A stretch of 64,000 bases of DNA from positions 48,121 through 112,120 of IMG/VR virus record IMGVR_UViG_2896201746_000001, one strand, 5' to 3'. Position 1 is the first letter of the stretch; every line of letters begins with the position of its first letter. Under the pieces are notes generated by a model. It did no database searches and had not been told where the DNA came from. It saw nothing but the letters and a program-made list of their open reading frames with translations. The position numbers were made by a program, and so were the translations under genes. Source of the DNA: a virus (Duplodnaviria > Caudoviricetes). This document shows, piece by piece, positions 10,271 to 19,984 of the stretch.

Positions 10271-10765
10271 ATGGAGCTGATGCTTCCGACGCTCGGGATG
10301 GCGAACGCCCAGCTCACGCGGCATGAGAGCGTCAACTTCGACCATCGCATCGTCAGCACCTTCCGGGGCGAGCGGTTGGCCGAGGAGATCGCGGAGAAGG
10401 CCGCGGCGATCCGCGCCAGCTCGGGCATCAAGATCGCCATCATCGCCCCGCTGTCGATCAACCGCGTGCGCTATGCGCTGACGGCCGAGACGGATTTCCG
10501 CGCCGGCGAGTGGAAGCTCTGGTGGTTCGGGCTTGCCAACGGCAAGCAGCTCACCGACGCCGCCCGCGCGCACCTCAACGGCATGGCGGACGTTCGCGAG
10601 GCGATCGCGCGCTGGTGCGACAGCAACGTCGCGGCCCTGCGCGAGGAGAGGGTCGCCGAGTTCGTGGCGAGCACCCTCGCCCATGTCTCGGCCATCGAGA
10701 GCAACATGCGCCAGGTCCGGGCCGCCCTGGAGGCCGTCGGCGCGCAGCAGAGGGAGACCGTCTGA
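10271..10765 (+). CDS. Hypothetical protein
   Basis: GGAGG RBS, ATG 10271, coupled to the next ORF. Confidence 0.55.
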   Translation: MELMLPTLGMANAQLTRHESVNFDHRIVSTFRGERLAEEIAEKAAAIRASSGIKIAIIAPLSINRVRYALTAETDFRAGEWKLWWFGLANGKQLTDAARAHLNGMADVREAIARWCDSNVAALREERVAEFVASTLAHVSAIESNMRQVRAALEAVGAQQRETV

Positions 10766-11007
10766 TGCGCGACATCGGCCTGTTCGAGGCGATCAGCATC
10801 CGCGCCAAGGCCGCGCGGCTCGTGATGCGCGAGACGAGCGGTCACGAGTTCGAGGGGACCGACGAGGAGCTGATCGACCGGGCGGAAAAGGGACATCCGC
10901 GCCTCGCCCGCGCGCTCAAGATCGCCGACGGCATCATCCGCATGACCGAGGAGGCCCACTTCCCCGTCGCCAGCAAGACGCGGGGCATCGCCTCCGGCTG
11001 GGAGTGA
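10765..11007 (+). CDS. Hypothetical protein
   Basis: TGATG coupling, GGGAG RBS. Confidence 0.5.
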   Translation: MRDIGLFEAISIRAKAARLVMRETSGHEFEGTDEELIDRAEKGHPRLARALKIADGIIRMTEEAHFPVASKTRGIASGWE

Positions 11008-11242
11008 CCGAATTGCGCTGCCCCAAGATTCCCCGCCGGCGCAGCAACCGTCCCAGGCCCGCCTCCCGCTCCCTTCCCGGCCGCTGGTACGTCGATGAGT
11101 GCGGGTGGTGGGTCAGGCCGAACGCGAACGGCACGGCCACCTTTCTTAGCTGCTCCGGCAGCTTCACCGATCGGCTCGATCCCCGCATGAAGCTCTGGCC
11201 GACCGATCAGAACCCACCCATCATCACGGAGACCGCCTTTCC

Positions 11243-11710
11243 ATGATCCCCACCGACGGCATCGCACGGGCCTTCAGCATCCGCCCGGAAGATCTTGCGA
11301 TGGACCTGCAGATCAACCCGACCAACATGGACGACGCCATCATCCGGCAGGCCGGCCTGTACGCCTACTACGTCTCTGCCCATGCCGAGGCCGAGGGCCG
11401 GCTGCGTCAGGCCAAGCTGGAGCGGGACGTCTTCACGGCCGCGCTGGACAAGCAGCTCCGCGACCAGGCGCTGGCTCGCGGCCAGAAGCTGACCGAGAAG
11501 CAGGTCGAAATGCAGGTCATGCTGCATCCGGACTGGAAGGTGCGCGTGCAGCGCGTCAACGAGCTCGAGGCCGCGGTGTCGCAGTTGGAGGGCCTGGTCA
11601 GGGCGTTCGCCCAGAAGAAGGACATGCTGGTCACGCTCGCGACGAACATCCGGGCCGAGCGCCAGCAGAGCTTCGCCATCCGCAATCAGCCGCAGACGCC
11701 GTTCGGCTGA
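11243..11710 (+). CDS. Coiled-coil protein, UvsY-like recombination mediator candidate
   Basis: Helical protein with KLTEKQVEMQV...FAQKKDML; lies just upstream of SSB/exonuclease/recA. Confidence 0.55.
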   Translation: MIPTDGIARAFSIRPEDLAMDLQINPTNMDDAIIRQAGLYAYYVSAHAEAEGRLRQAKLERDVFTAALDKQLRDQALARGQKLTEKQVEMQVMLHPDWKVRVQRVNELEAAVSQLEGLVRAFAQKKDMLVTLATNIRAERQQSFAIRNQPQTPFG

Positions 11711-11866
11711 TCGACGAGGTGAGAATCACACCTTTGCGTGGGCAACTATCATTGACCGATGACAGAAACAAAGCTAGTTTGTATCTCGTGACGTGATGAA
11801 CGTCCAACGCCGTAGTGCATCGTTCCACAGTTATCATTCATTCCTGATAGAAACTGAGGTTTTTCC

Positions 11867-13096
11867 ATGAACGCTCTCGCTCCGACCGCTGCCGCTGCCG
11901 CCCCGATGCCGTTTGGTCAGCTCGACCCGTTCACCGCCGCCCTGATGGCCGACGTCGATGCCGACGCCAAGGCCGCGGCTTCCAAGAGCGCCGACCGCTT
12001 CCGCTTCAAGGACGCCGGGGAATACTACCTGCGCCTTGTTCCGTCGAAGGGTTTCGGCACGCAGAAGCCCGACGGCACCTGGAACACCCGCTGGTTCCAC
12101 AGCTTTGGCACCCACGCCTTCAAGCCGCCGGGGTATGAGAAGAAGGTCTGGTTCGGCTGTCTGCATCACACCTACGGCCAGGCCTGCCCGCTGTGCGCCG
12201 CCGTCGCCACCGGCAAGAATAACCCGATGGTGGCCGAGATCGCCGACGAGGCGTATGCGTCGCGCCGGTATCTGGTGAGCGGTCAGTTCTTCGACCCCGT
12301 CACCCGCACCTTCAACCCGGTCGTGCCGATCGAGCTGGCGAAGACCCAGTTCGAGAAGATCAAGGGTCTGCTGCTGGTGTCGAAGACGTTCTTCGCGCTG
12401 CAGGGCGGCTACGTCTTCAAGGTCGTCGCGACGCCGCGCTCGCAGGGCCAGGGTATGGAGATCGCCGTCTCCGACGCCTCGCCGTTCGACACCGGCATCA
12501 CCGACGACGATCTGCTCGACCTGGAAGAGATCGTCCGGGCCGACATCATCGAGAAGAACGCCGCGGTCGCGTCCTTCACCGGCGATCTGCTGCGTCCGCT
12601 CGCCCAGCAGCCCGGGCAGCGCTCCGCCGGTGGCTTCGCGGCCGTCGGTGCGCCGAACGGCTTCCCCGGTGCCCTGCCCCCGCCGTCGGCTGCTCCGGCC
12701 GGCTTCCCGGGCGCTGCGACGCCGGGCTACGCTGCCGGTGCGCAGTTCATGCAGTCGGTCCAGCAGCCGGCCCAGGCGATGCCCGGCTTCCCGGGTGCCG
12801 CCGCTTCGCCGGCCGCTCCCGCCTTCCCCGGCGCTGCTGCCCCGGCCGTCGCTCCGGCTGGCTTCCCGGGTGCAGCTCCGGCCGCGGCCGTCGCGCAGCC
12901 CCAGCCGGCCGCTGCTCCGCAGCCGACCGTGATCGACGTGCCGGCCCAGCCGGTCGCGCCCTCCCCTGCCCCGCAGCCGGCGGCAGCTCCCGCCGCCGTG
13001 CAGCCGGCCGCTGCCCAGCCCGCCCCGGTCCAGCCGGCCGCCACCTCGGCCGAAGCGCTGGCCGCCGAGCTGGACAGCATCCTGGGCGGCCTGTGA
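11867..13096 (+). CDS. gp32-like single-stranded DNA-binding protein with Pro/Ala/Gln-rich tail
   Basis: YLRLVP, H..GCL..TYGQACPLC zinc motif; low-complexity tail ending ELDSILGGL. Confidence 0.65.
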   Translation: MNALAPTAAAAAPMPFGQLDPFTAALMADVDADAKAAASKSADRFRFKDAGEYYLRLVPSKGFGTQKPDGTWNTRWFHSFGTHAFKPPGYEKKVWFGCLHHTYGQACPLCAAVATGKNNPMVAEIADEAYASRRYLVSGQFFDPVTRTFNPVVPIELAKTQFEKIKGLLLVSKTFFALQGGYVFKVVATPRSQGQGMEIAVSDASPFDTGITDDDLLDLEEIVRADIIEKNAAVASFTGDLLRPLAQQPGQRSAGGFAAVGAPNGFPGALPPPSAAPAGFPGAATPGYAAGAQFMQSVQQPAQAMPGFPGAAASPAAPAFPGAAAPAVAPAGFPGAAPAAAVAQPQPAAAPQPTVIDVPAQPVAPSPAPQPAAAPAAVQPAAAQPAPVQPAATSAEALAAELDSILGGL

Positions 13097-13162
13097 TCGC
13101 CTGCGATCGCTGACGAATGAGAGGGGCCTTCGCGCCCCTCTCCTTTTATCGGGAGCAACCCC

Positions 13163-14089
13163 ATGACAACGACTCTGCTGGTCGACGGCAGCAACATCGC
13201 CTGGGCGGCGTTCTATGTCGGCGAGACGCTGATCGACCATCTTGGCCGGCCGACCGGCGCGATCTTCGGCTTTCTGCGCATGGTGCGCGCGGCGGCCGAC
13301 CAGATATCCGAGCTGACCGGCGACACGGTCAAGGTGATGATCGCCTGGGACAGCAGCCGCGAGAGCCTGTGGCGGCGCGACGTATACCCCGACTACAAGG
13401 CGAGCCGCGACACCGAGAAGACGCCGGAGGATCTGGCGAGGCTGGCCGACTTCGGCGATCAGGTGAAGCGCATCCGCCAAATCCTGCCCTGCCTCGGCAT
13501 CACGCAAATCCGAGCCGAGCGCTTCGAGGCCGACGATCTGGCCGGCTGGCTGACCCGGCGCTGGCCGCAGACCCGTTTCGTGCTGATGAGCGGCGACTAT
13601 GACTGGCTCCAGCTCGTCAGCCCGACCGTGTCGTGCTGGATCGTCAGCAAGGCCCAGCTCGTCACCCCGCTCAACTTCGCCGACATCGTCCAGGCCCGCT
13701 ACGGCGTGCCCCTGACCAACCCCGACCAGTATGTGCGCATGAAGGCGATCGCCGGCGATGACGGCGACGACGTGCCGGGCGCACCGGGTATCGGCACCAA
13801 GACGGCCGGCAAGTATATCCTGGGCGAGCTGGCGAAGAAGAAGGACGGCACGCAGACGGCCAAGGAGCAAGCCATTGTTCAATGGCTCAATGATCCAATG
13901 GGCTACGAGCGCTCGCTCAAACTGGTCGATCTGCGCGACATGCAGATCCCGGCCGAGGCGGTGACGCTGGAGCGCGGCGCGTTCGACGAGAGCGCCTTCG
14001 TCGATGTCTGCATGACCCACTCCTTCGACAGCATCTACAACGACCTTCCGACCTGGATTGTCCCCTTCAAGCTGGCTGCCGTCTCCTGA
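13163..14089 (+). CDS. 5'-3' exonuclease / T4 RNase H-like flap endonuclease
   Basis: LLVDGSN, YPDYKASR, FEADDL, SGDYDWLQL, GDDGDDVPGAPGIGTKTA (H3TH). Confidence 0.92.
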   Translation: MTTTLLVDGSNIAWAAFYVGETLIDHLGRPTGAIFGFLRMVRAAADQISELTGDTVKVMIAWDSSRESLWRRDVYPDYKASRDTEKTPEDLARLADFGDQVKRIRQILPCLGITQIRAERFEADDLAGWLTRRWPQTRFVLMSGDYDWLQLVSPTVSCWIVSKAQLVTPLNFADIVQARYGVPLTNPDQYVRMKAIAGDDGDDVPGAPGIGTKTAGKYILGELAKKKDGTQTAKEQAIVQWLNDPMGYERSLKLVDLRDMQIPAEAVTLERGAFDESAFVDVCMTHSFDSIYNDLPTWIVPFKLAAVS

Positions 14090-14120
14090 CAGGGCGCTGC
14101 ATCAATAGAGGAATAGCTCA

Positions 14121-15320
14121 ATGGACTTCGACAAGATCATGGAAGGGCTGGCGGACGCCGTCGGCAGCCGCGACAGCTTCTCCGGCTCCGTGCCCTACTG
14201 GCTGCCTACCAGCCTGCCCAACGTCAACATGGCGATCTCCGGCGATCCGAACCTCGGCTTCCCCGGTGGGCGCATCATCACCATCGCCGGCCCGGAAAGC
14301 TGCGGCAAGACCGCGCTGATGACCGAGCTGATGACGAAGGCGCAGCGCATGGGCGGCTTCTCGGCACTGGAGGATTTCGAGCACGCCTTCGCCCATGTCC
14401 ATGCCAAGCGCCTGGGGCTGGCCTGCGACGACACCGATAAGAACTGGTACTACCGCAAGCCGGCGACGGCGGAGGAGGGCTTCGCCCGCGTCTACAAGAT
14501 CATGCGGTACGTCCGGTCGGTGGAGCTGGGCTTCACGCTGCCGAAGGACACCGACAAGAAGCCGCGGGCGTCGGCCGAGGCCCTCTATGACGCGATGCGC
14601 GGCGTCGATCTGTCGAAGCTGGTGCCAATGGTGCTGGGCATGGACTCCATCGCCTCGATGATCCCGGAGGCGCAGGACGTCGACTACACCAAGCAGAACA
14701 TGAAGACCAAGAACATGGAGCACGCTGCCCTGCTCAGCATCGAACTGAAGCGGCTGGCGCGCGACGCCGACGTCACCGGCGCGACCATGATCCTGCTGAA
14801 CCAGCTCCGCACCAACCCCGGCGTCATGTTCGGCGACAACTCGACGGAGCCGGGCGGCAACGCGCCGAAATTCTATGCGTCGGTAATGCTGCGCCTGCGC
14901 CGGGTCGACAAGTGGTATCGGAACTACGACGACAAGACGTCCGAGGTGATCGGCGACGTCGTGGAGTTGTATACCCGCAAGAACAAGGTCTTCCGGCCCT
15001 TCAAGAAGACCAAGTACGTCTTCCGCACCGTGGATCCGGTCGGCCTGGACCCGATCGGCACGATGATCCTGCTCGGCAAGGAGGCCGGCGTGCTCGGCCC
15101 GGTCGGCGGCGTCACGGTCGAGTTCGAGGGCAAGAAGCGCTGGAACGTGAACGACTTCGACGAAGCCTGCCGCAAAGACCCAGACCTCGCCAAGCGCCTG
15201 ACCGACCACGTCATGTCGTCGATCAACCCGGTCGAGGACGGCCCGGTCCAGTCCGATGACGAGAGCACGCCGGCACCGGGCGGCGCTGGCAGCGTCGACC
15301 TGTCCAACGCCTTCTCGTAA
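14121..15320 (+). CDS. recA: RecA/UvsX-like recombinase
   Basis: GPESCGKT, DSIASM, LNQLRTNPGVMFGD..PGGNAPKFYASV, KNKVFRPFK. Confidence 0.9.
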   Translation: MDFDKIMEGLADAVGSRDSFSGSVPYWLPTSLPNVNMAISGDPNLGFPGGRIITIAGPESCGKTALMTELMTKAQRMGGFSALEDFEHAFAHVHAKRLGLACDDTDKNWYYRKPATAEEGFARVYKIMRYVRSVELGFTLPKDTDKKPRASAEALYDAMRGVDLSKLVPMVLGMDSIASMIPEAQDVDYTKQNMKTKNMEHAALLSIELKRLARDADVTGATMILLNQLRTNPGVMFGDNSTEPGGNAPKFYASVMLRLRRVDKWYRNYDDKTSEVIGDVVELYTRKNKVFRPFKKTKYVFRTVDPVGLDPIGTMILLGKEAGVLGPVGGVTVEFEGKKRWNVNDFDEACRKDPDLAKRLTDHVMSSINPVEDGPVQSDDESTPAPGGAGSVDLSNAFS

Positions 15321-15344
15321 ATCGAAAACGACTGACTGCAAAAT

Positions 15345-15376
15345 GAAGCCCGCGGAAAACTCCGCGGGCTTCTTTC
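15345..15376 (+). terminator. Intrinsic terminator
   Basis: GAAGCCCGCGGA-AAAC-TCCGCGGGCTTC then TTTC, after recA. Confidence 0.75.
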
Positions 15377-15463
15377 ATTTCTCCTGTCATTAATTGCTGA
15401 AGTATATTTCTCGTGTCGCGACACAGCGACGCTGATTTGTGTTGCATCAGTGGAGAATGCCAG

Positions 15464-16453
15464 ATGTCTTCTCTCGTTTCCTCTATCATTGCTTTGCCGA
15501 TGCAGAAGCGCATGCTGTCCCCGAATGACGCCCGCGAGCTGTACGACAACCATGTCGACCGGCACTTCGTTCAGCGCATCTTCAAGCCGAGCAAGGCCAA
15601 GGACATCGAGAAGACAATCAAGGCCGGCACCTACATGGGCGTCGTGCCGTTCGTTTTCTTCAAGATCCGCGGCATAAACCGGCTGCTGCTGGTCGACGGC
15701 CAGCACCGCATGAGCGCCATCGCCAATGCCGGGGTCGTGGTCGAGGTTTTCTTTGTGGTCATGGAAATGCCGGACGAAGCGACAGCCCGCAAAGCCTTCC
15801 TAGAGTTCTATCGCGGGTCGACGCCGTCTGCCACCGATGCCGTCTCCCCGGCCCAGATGTCCGGCGCTGGCCTGACGCCGTCCGAGACGAAGCTGGTGCT
15901 GGGTGCGGGCCGGATCATCTACCGAAATTTCAACGTCAGCGCCAGCAAGGGCAAGCTGGACCCCGAGCTGCTGTCGGGCATGTTCGAGAACTGGAGCGCT
16001 GCCGGACAGGAAGCGTTCAAGCTCATCCGCGCCGCGGCCGGCAGCGAGGCGAAGAATTGGGAGATTGCATCGGTGCTGGCCGTCATGATGCCGACCCTGC
16101 TGCCGTCCTCGATCAAGGTCGAGGCGACGCGCTTCTGGGAGAACGTGCTGAACAAGCACGCCCGCCGCTCAATGTACGAGCAGGAGACGCGGGAGGCGCG
16201 CATTCGCCATAACCTCACCGCGGGCGGCCACCATACCCGACAGGCGGTCATCAGTGGCATGCTGGCGGGCTGGAACGCCTGGCGCGATTCCCTGCCCCGC
16301 CCCTTTACCGGCTCGCCTCGCAATGGCGCTCCGATCTACGATGTCGACCTGTCCCGTGTGCCGGCCGGCCTCCTTATCGACGCCGTGCCGTATGTGCAGC
16401 CGGCCGCGGCCCTGAAACCCGTCATCATGCCGTTTTCGATTGCTGCTGAGTAA
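15464..16453 (+). CDS. ParB/Srx-like DGQHR-domain protein
   Basis: LLLVDGQHRMSA motif; GGAG RBS. Confidence 0.6.
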   Translation: MSSLVSSIIALPMQKRMLSPNDARELYDNHVDRHFVQRIFKPSKAKDIEKTIKAGTYMGVVPFVFFKIRGINRLLLVDGQHRMSAIANAGVVVEVFFVVMEMPDEATARKAFLEFYRGSTPSATDAVSPAQMSGAGLTPSETKLVLGAGRIIYRNFNVSASKGKLDPELLSGMFENWSAAGQEAFKLIRAAAGSEAKNWEIASVLAVMMPTLLPSSIKVEATRFWENVLNKHARRSMYEQETREARIRHNLTAGGHHTRQAVISGMLAGWNAWRDSLPRPFTGSPRNGAPIYDVDLSRVPAGLLIDAVPYVQPAAALKPVIMPFSIAAE

Positions 16454-16466
16454 AGTCGTCTTTTTC

Positions 16467-16496
16467 TTGCGCTATCAGTAAGCGATGACATAAACT
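16467..16496 (+). promoter_or_regulatory. Promoter with TCA-N8-TGA operator
   Basis: TTGCGC-tATCAGTAAGCGATGACa-TAAACT. Confidence 0.7.
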
Positions 16497-16526
16497 AACG
16501 ACATAGCAAACAACGAGGTGTGTTAG

Positions 16527-16895
16527 ATGTCCACCGCTTCCCAGACCATCGCACTCGACCGCGACACCTTCGGCCCCGAGCTGACCGAGAAGCTGAGCAA
16601 GCTGATCCCGGAGGCGCAGGCCCTCGCCAATGAGGCCGGCGATCGGATCGACGTTGGTCTACGCTACGCCGACCGCACGATGACGCTGCTGCACTTTAAG
16701 GAGGATCAGGGGCCGGAAGACTTCCTGCCGCTCGTGACCGTGGTGCCGGGCGAAGAGCTGGTGCTGAGCAACAACCTGGCCTTCGCGATGCTGAGCCGAT
16801 TCCTGAGCGTCTACTTCACCGCCCAGACGATGCGCGAGACGGTCGCTGCCATGGCCGCCGGCGCAAGCCGGCCGGCGGCCGCAACTGTCCATTGA
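16527..16895 (+). CDS. Hypothetical protein
   Basis: GAGGTG RBS downstream of an operator-containing promoter. Confidence 0.65.
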   Translation: MSTASQTIALDRDTFGPELTEKLSKLIPEAQALANEAGDRIDVGLRYADRTMTLLHFKEDQGPEDFLPLVTVVPGEELVLSNNLAFAMLSRFLSVYFTAQTMRETVAAMAAGASRPAAATVH

Positions 16896-16906
16896 GGGCG
16901 CGGCCG

Positions 16907-18028
16907 ATGAAACTGATCGCCTTCTCCGATCTGCATGTGCATCGGCACCGCTTCGGCGCGAGCGTCGATGCGAAGACCGGCCGGCACTCGCGCCTCCAGC
17001 ACTGCCTGGACGTGCTCGACGTGACGGCCAAGGCCGCCGCATGCCACTATGCCGATCTGCGCGTCTTCTGCGGCGACCTGTTCCATGTCCGGGGCCATCT
17101 GCGCCCGACCGAGCTGAACCCAGTCTTGGAGCATTTCCGGGGCGTCCATAGCGAGAATTGGGCACCCGGCTATGATCTGATCGACTGGATGATTCCGGGC
17201 AATCACGACATGGAGGGCCGCGCCGACGGCGAGCACGCCCTCGATGCGCTGAAGCCGATCCCCGGCATCTCGATCTTCGAGGGCTTCGGCTACGAGGTGC
17301 TGGATCTCAACCGCGTTGCCGGCCTGTCCGTCGGCCTGGGCTGGATTCAATACGCCCCGGACGTGCCCGAGCTGATCCGCCGTGTCGATCAGGTCGCCGC
17401 CAAGCGGCGCACCCACGCCCGCCAGCCGACCCACACGATCTGCCTGATCCATCACGGCGTCGACGGCTCGATGGCCGGCATTCCGGACATGGGCTTCGGC
17501 CCGCAGCATCTGCCGACCGCCGACTTCGACCTGGTGCTGTGCGGCGACTACCATACCCACAAGCAGCTCGCCCCGAACGCCTGGATGCTCGGCGCTCCGC
17601 TCCAGCACACATTCGGCGACGCCGGCCAGACGCGCGGCTACTCGGTGATCGAGCTGGTGCCGGGCCGGCCGCCGGCGCTGGAGCTGGTCGAAGTGCCGGG
17701 CGTGCCGAAGTTCGTAACCTGGGACGCCGGCGACGCGATGCCCCGTGACGCCGCCGGCAACTTCGTCCGGGTCCGCGCCGACGACAAGGACGCGCTCGCC
17801 CGTATGCGCAAGATCGCCGAGGATGCCGGGGCGCTCGCGGTGCAGGACGAGCTGGTGCGCTCGATGGCGCAGATCACCCGGACCAGCGTCTCGCTGAAGA
17901 TGAAGACGAGCGACCTGTTCCGCACCTGGCTCGACGGCCAGATGAAGGCCGGTCAATACGCCGGGCAGGATGCGGCAGCGCTGGCAGCACTGAACGATGC
18001 CTGCCTGGTAGAAGCCGGGGTCGCGTGA
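16907..18028 (+). CDS. sbcD: SbcD/Mre11-like metallophosphoesterase nuclease
   Basis: SDLH, GDLFH, PGNHD, GDYHTH motifs. Confidence 0.88.
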   Translation: MKLIAFSDLHVHRHRFGASVDAKTGRHSRLQHCLDVLDVTAKAAACHYADLRVFCGDLFHVRGHLRPTELNPVLEHFRGVHSENWAPGYDLIDWMIPGNHDMEGRADGEHALDALKPIPGISIFEGFGYEVLDLNRVAGLSVGLGWIQYAPDVPELIRRVDQVAAKRRTHARQPTHTICLIHHGVDGSMAGIPDMGFGPQHLPTADFDLVLCGDYHTHKQLAPNAWMLGAPLQHTFGDAGQTRGYSVIELVPGRPPALELVEVPGVPKFVTWDAGDAMPRDAAGNFVRVRADDKDALARMRKIAEDAGALAVQDELVRSMAQITRTSVSLKMKTSDLFRTWLDGQMKAGQYAGQDAAALAALNDACLVEAGVA

Positions 18029-18055
18029 AGGCTCGTTCTGTCGTATCATTCAACG

Positions 18056-18556
18056 ATGACAGAACTAAAGCCCATAGGAGTGGATCAGATGGCGACGACC
18101 TTCACGGCCGACCAGCTCCGTGTCGGCATGGCGCTGCGCTACAAGGGCGACGACGTTCCGTTCGCCACGCCCTTCCTGAAGAACAAGGGCAACAAGCTCG
18201 GCAACTGGCTGCTGCCGAGCTTCACCGTCAACCCGGCCGCCCCCAGCGGCCGGAAGTGGGAAGACCTCCCCGGCTCCAAGCGCGACACCTACACGATCAC
18301 CAAGATCGAGACGGGCCGCAAAGGCAAGGGCGGCCGGCCGCTCGAAGACCTCATCCATATCGTCGGCGAGGGCTACGCGCAGGGCACCGTGTTCGGCCTC
18401 GTCCCGGCCGACGTGATCGCGAAGTTCGAGCTGGTCGGCGACGCGGTCGACATGCTCGATCCCGAGAAGCTGCCCGATGAGATCAAGGCGCATCAGGCGA
18501 CGATCCTGCGGGAGGCAGAGTGGTCGCGGCAACTCCAGCTCACCGAGGGCTGGTGA
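18056..18556 (+). CDS. Hypothetical protein (start may be 18089)
   Basis: Strong codon bias; coupled to the next ORF. Confidence 0.6.
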   Translation: MTELKPIGVDQMATTFTADQLRVGMALRYKGDDVPFATPFLKNKGNKLGNWLLPSFTVNPAAPSGRKWEDLPGSKRDTYTITKIETGRKGKGGRPLEDLIHIVGEGYAQGTVFGLVPADVIAKFELVGDAVDMLDPEKLPDEIKAHQATILREAEWSRQLQLTEGW

Positions 18557-18864
18557 TGGTCGATCTGGTTTCGCTCAGCGCCGAGGACATCGAGGCGGCC
18601 CGCGCCGTCTTCGGTATCCTGGCGCAGGCCGAGGACACGGTCGAGGATCTTGTCCGCCGGGCCGACCGCTCGGCCTGCGATCTGGTCGTCACCGAGGACG
18701 GCGACGAGGTCGAGCTGGTGCTGGAGGGCGACTTGCTGCGAACGCGGATGTCGCGCGCAGCGTTCTGCGAGGCGGCCGTCAGCAGCGGCCGGTTCCGCTT
18801 CGCCGGCGAGCACATGCGCTTCATGCCGCTCGCCTGGAACCGGGCATGGAGCCAGGGATGGTGA
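18556..18864 (+). CDS. Hypothetical protein
   Basis: TGATG coupling. Confidence 0.5.
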   Translation: MVDLVSLSAEDIEAARAVFGILAQAEDTVEDLVRRADRSACDLVVTEDGDEVELVLEGDLLRTRMSRAAFCEAAVSSGRFRFAGEHMRFMPLAWNRAWSQGW

Positions 18865-19310
18865 TCGACACCTTCAGCGGCCGATACCGCTTTCTCAGCA
18901 ACTTCGCGCCCTCCCCGATCGTCGCCGTGGGCATCCGCTTTCCGACCGTTGAGCACGCCTTCCAGGCGCTCAAATCGACGAGCCGGAGCGACTGGGAGAA
19001 AATCGCTATGCTGCCGACGCCGGGGCTGGCGAAGCGCGCTGGCCGCGGGCTGGCGCTGCGGTCGAACTGGAGCGAGGTGCGCGTGGCCGTGATGACCACG
19101 CTCGTCCTGCTGAAATTCTGCACCCATGTCGACCTGCAGCGCCGGCTCGTCGCTACCGCGCCGGCTACCCTGATCGAAGGCAACACCTGGGGCGATCGCT
19201 TCTGGGGCGTCTGCGGCGGGGTCGGCGAGAACAATCTCGGCAAGATCCTGATGTACGCCCGCGATCTGGCCGCAGCCGGATGCTTGCCGCATACAGCAAT
19301 GCCCCAATAG
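18858..19310 (+). CDS. NADAR (YbiA-like) family protein
   Basis: FLSNFAPSP, TVEHAFQALK, LIEGNTWGDRFWGVCGGVGENNLGKILM. Confidence 0.9.
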   Translation: MVIDTFSGRYRFLSNFAPSPIVAVGIRFPTVEHAFQALKSTSRSDWEKIAMLPTPGLAKRAGRGLALRSNWSEVRVAVMTTLVLLKFCTHVDLQRRLVATAPATLIEGNTWGDRFWGVCGGVGENNLGKILMYARDLAAAGCLPHTAMPQ

Positions 19311-19351
19311 CTCCATTGAGCAATAGCTCTCTAGCCCTCAGCAGGTGGCCG

Positions 19352-19570
19352 ATGGCGATCCTGAAAGAAAGCGACTGGGTGCGCTAAACCCAGGAGTTCT
19401 GTGAAACGAGCATGACCACGGCCGGCATGAACGATCTGCTGAGCCGGCGCGGCAGGGTCATCCGCGTCCACAGCGACGGCAAGCTCTGGGACATCGACTG
19501 GGGCGACGTCATCCTCCAGTCGCCCACCGACTCCTCCCTGCATGTCGTGACCGACCCGCCAACCCGATAG
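19352..19570 (+). pseudogene. Small ORF with in-frame TAA at codon 12
   Basis: AGGTGG RBS, MAILKESDWVR*TQEFCETS...; the frame continues with coding-like bias to TAG 19570. Confidence 0.4.
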
Positions 19571-19590
19571 CTCCATTGAAGCATTGCCCC

Positions 19591-19932
19591 ATGGCTGCAT
19601 TGCTGAATGCCGACCACATGGGCCGGTATGTCGAGGTCTGGCGCACGCTCTCGGCCATGCAGTCGCCGCTCTCGCGCGGCCGGATGATCTGGCGCTGGCA
19701 TGACGTGGGCCTTGGCCTCGATCTTCCGGCGGAGCGCCGGTACACGACGCGGCCGGGGCCGGACGGGGAGCTTCGCAGGGAGCTGCTCTATCAGCGCGAC
19801 TACGACCTCCATCGCGCCGCCCTGGAGCTGATCGCCGCCGGCGCTCTGCGGGTCGACCATCTTCCGAACGGCGACTGGGTCTATCCGGACGCCGCGTGCT
19901 GGGAGGCGCTGCAATGGGCGGACGGCTGGTAG
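19591..19932 (+). CDS. Hypothetical protein
   Basis: ORF between two octamer arrays. Confidence 0.5.
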   Translation: MAALLNADHMGRYVEVWRTLSAMQSPLSRGRMIWRWHDVGLGLDLPAERRYTTRPGPDGELRRELLYQRDYDLHRAALELIAAGALRVDHLPNGDWVYPDAACWEALQWADGW

Positions 19933-19984
19933 GCCGATAGAGCGATTGAGCCATCGAGTCATTGAACGATAGACCAATAGGTGC

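Noticed and set aside
15464-16453. Dnd/phosphorothioate system suggested by DGQHR
   Set aside because: No dndCDE or ssp neighbours; a stand-alone ParB-like domain.
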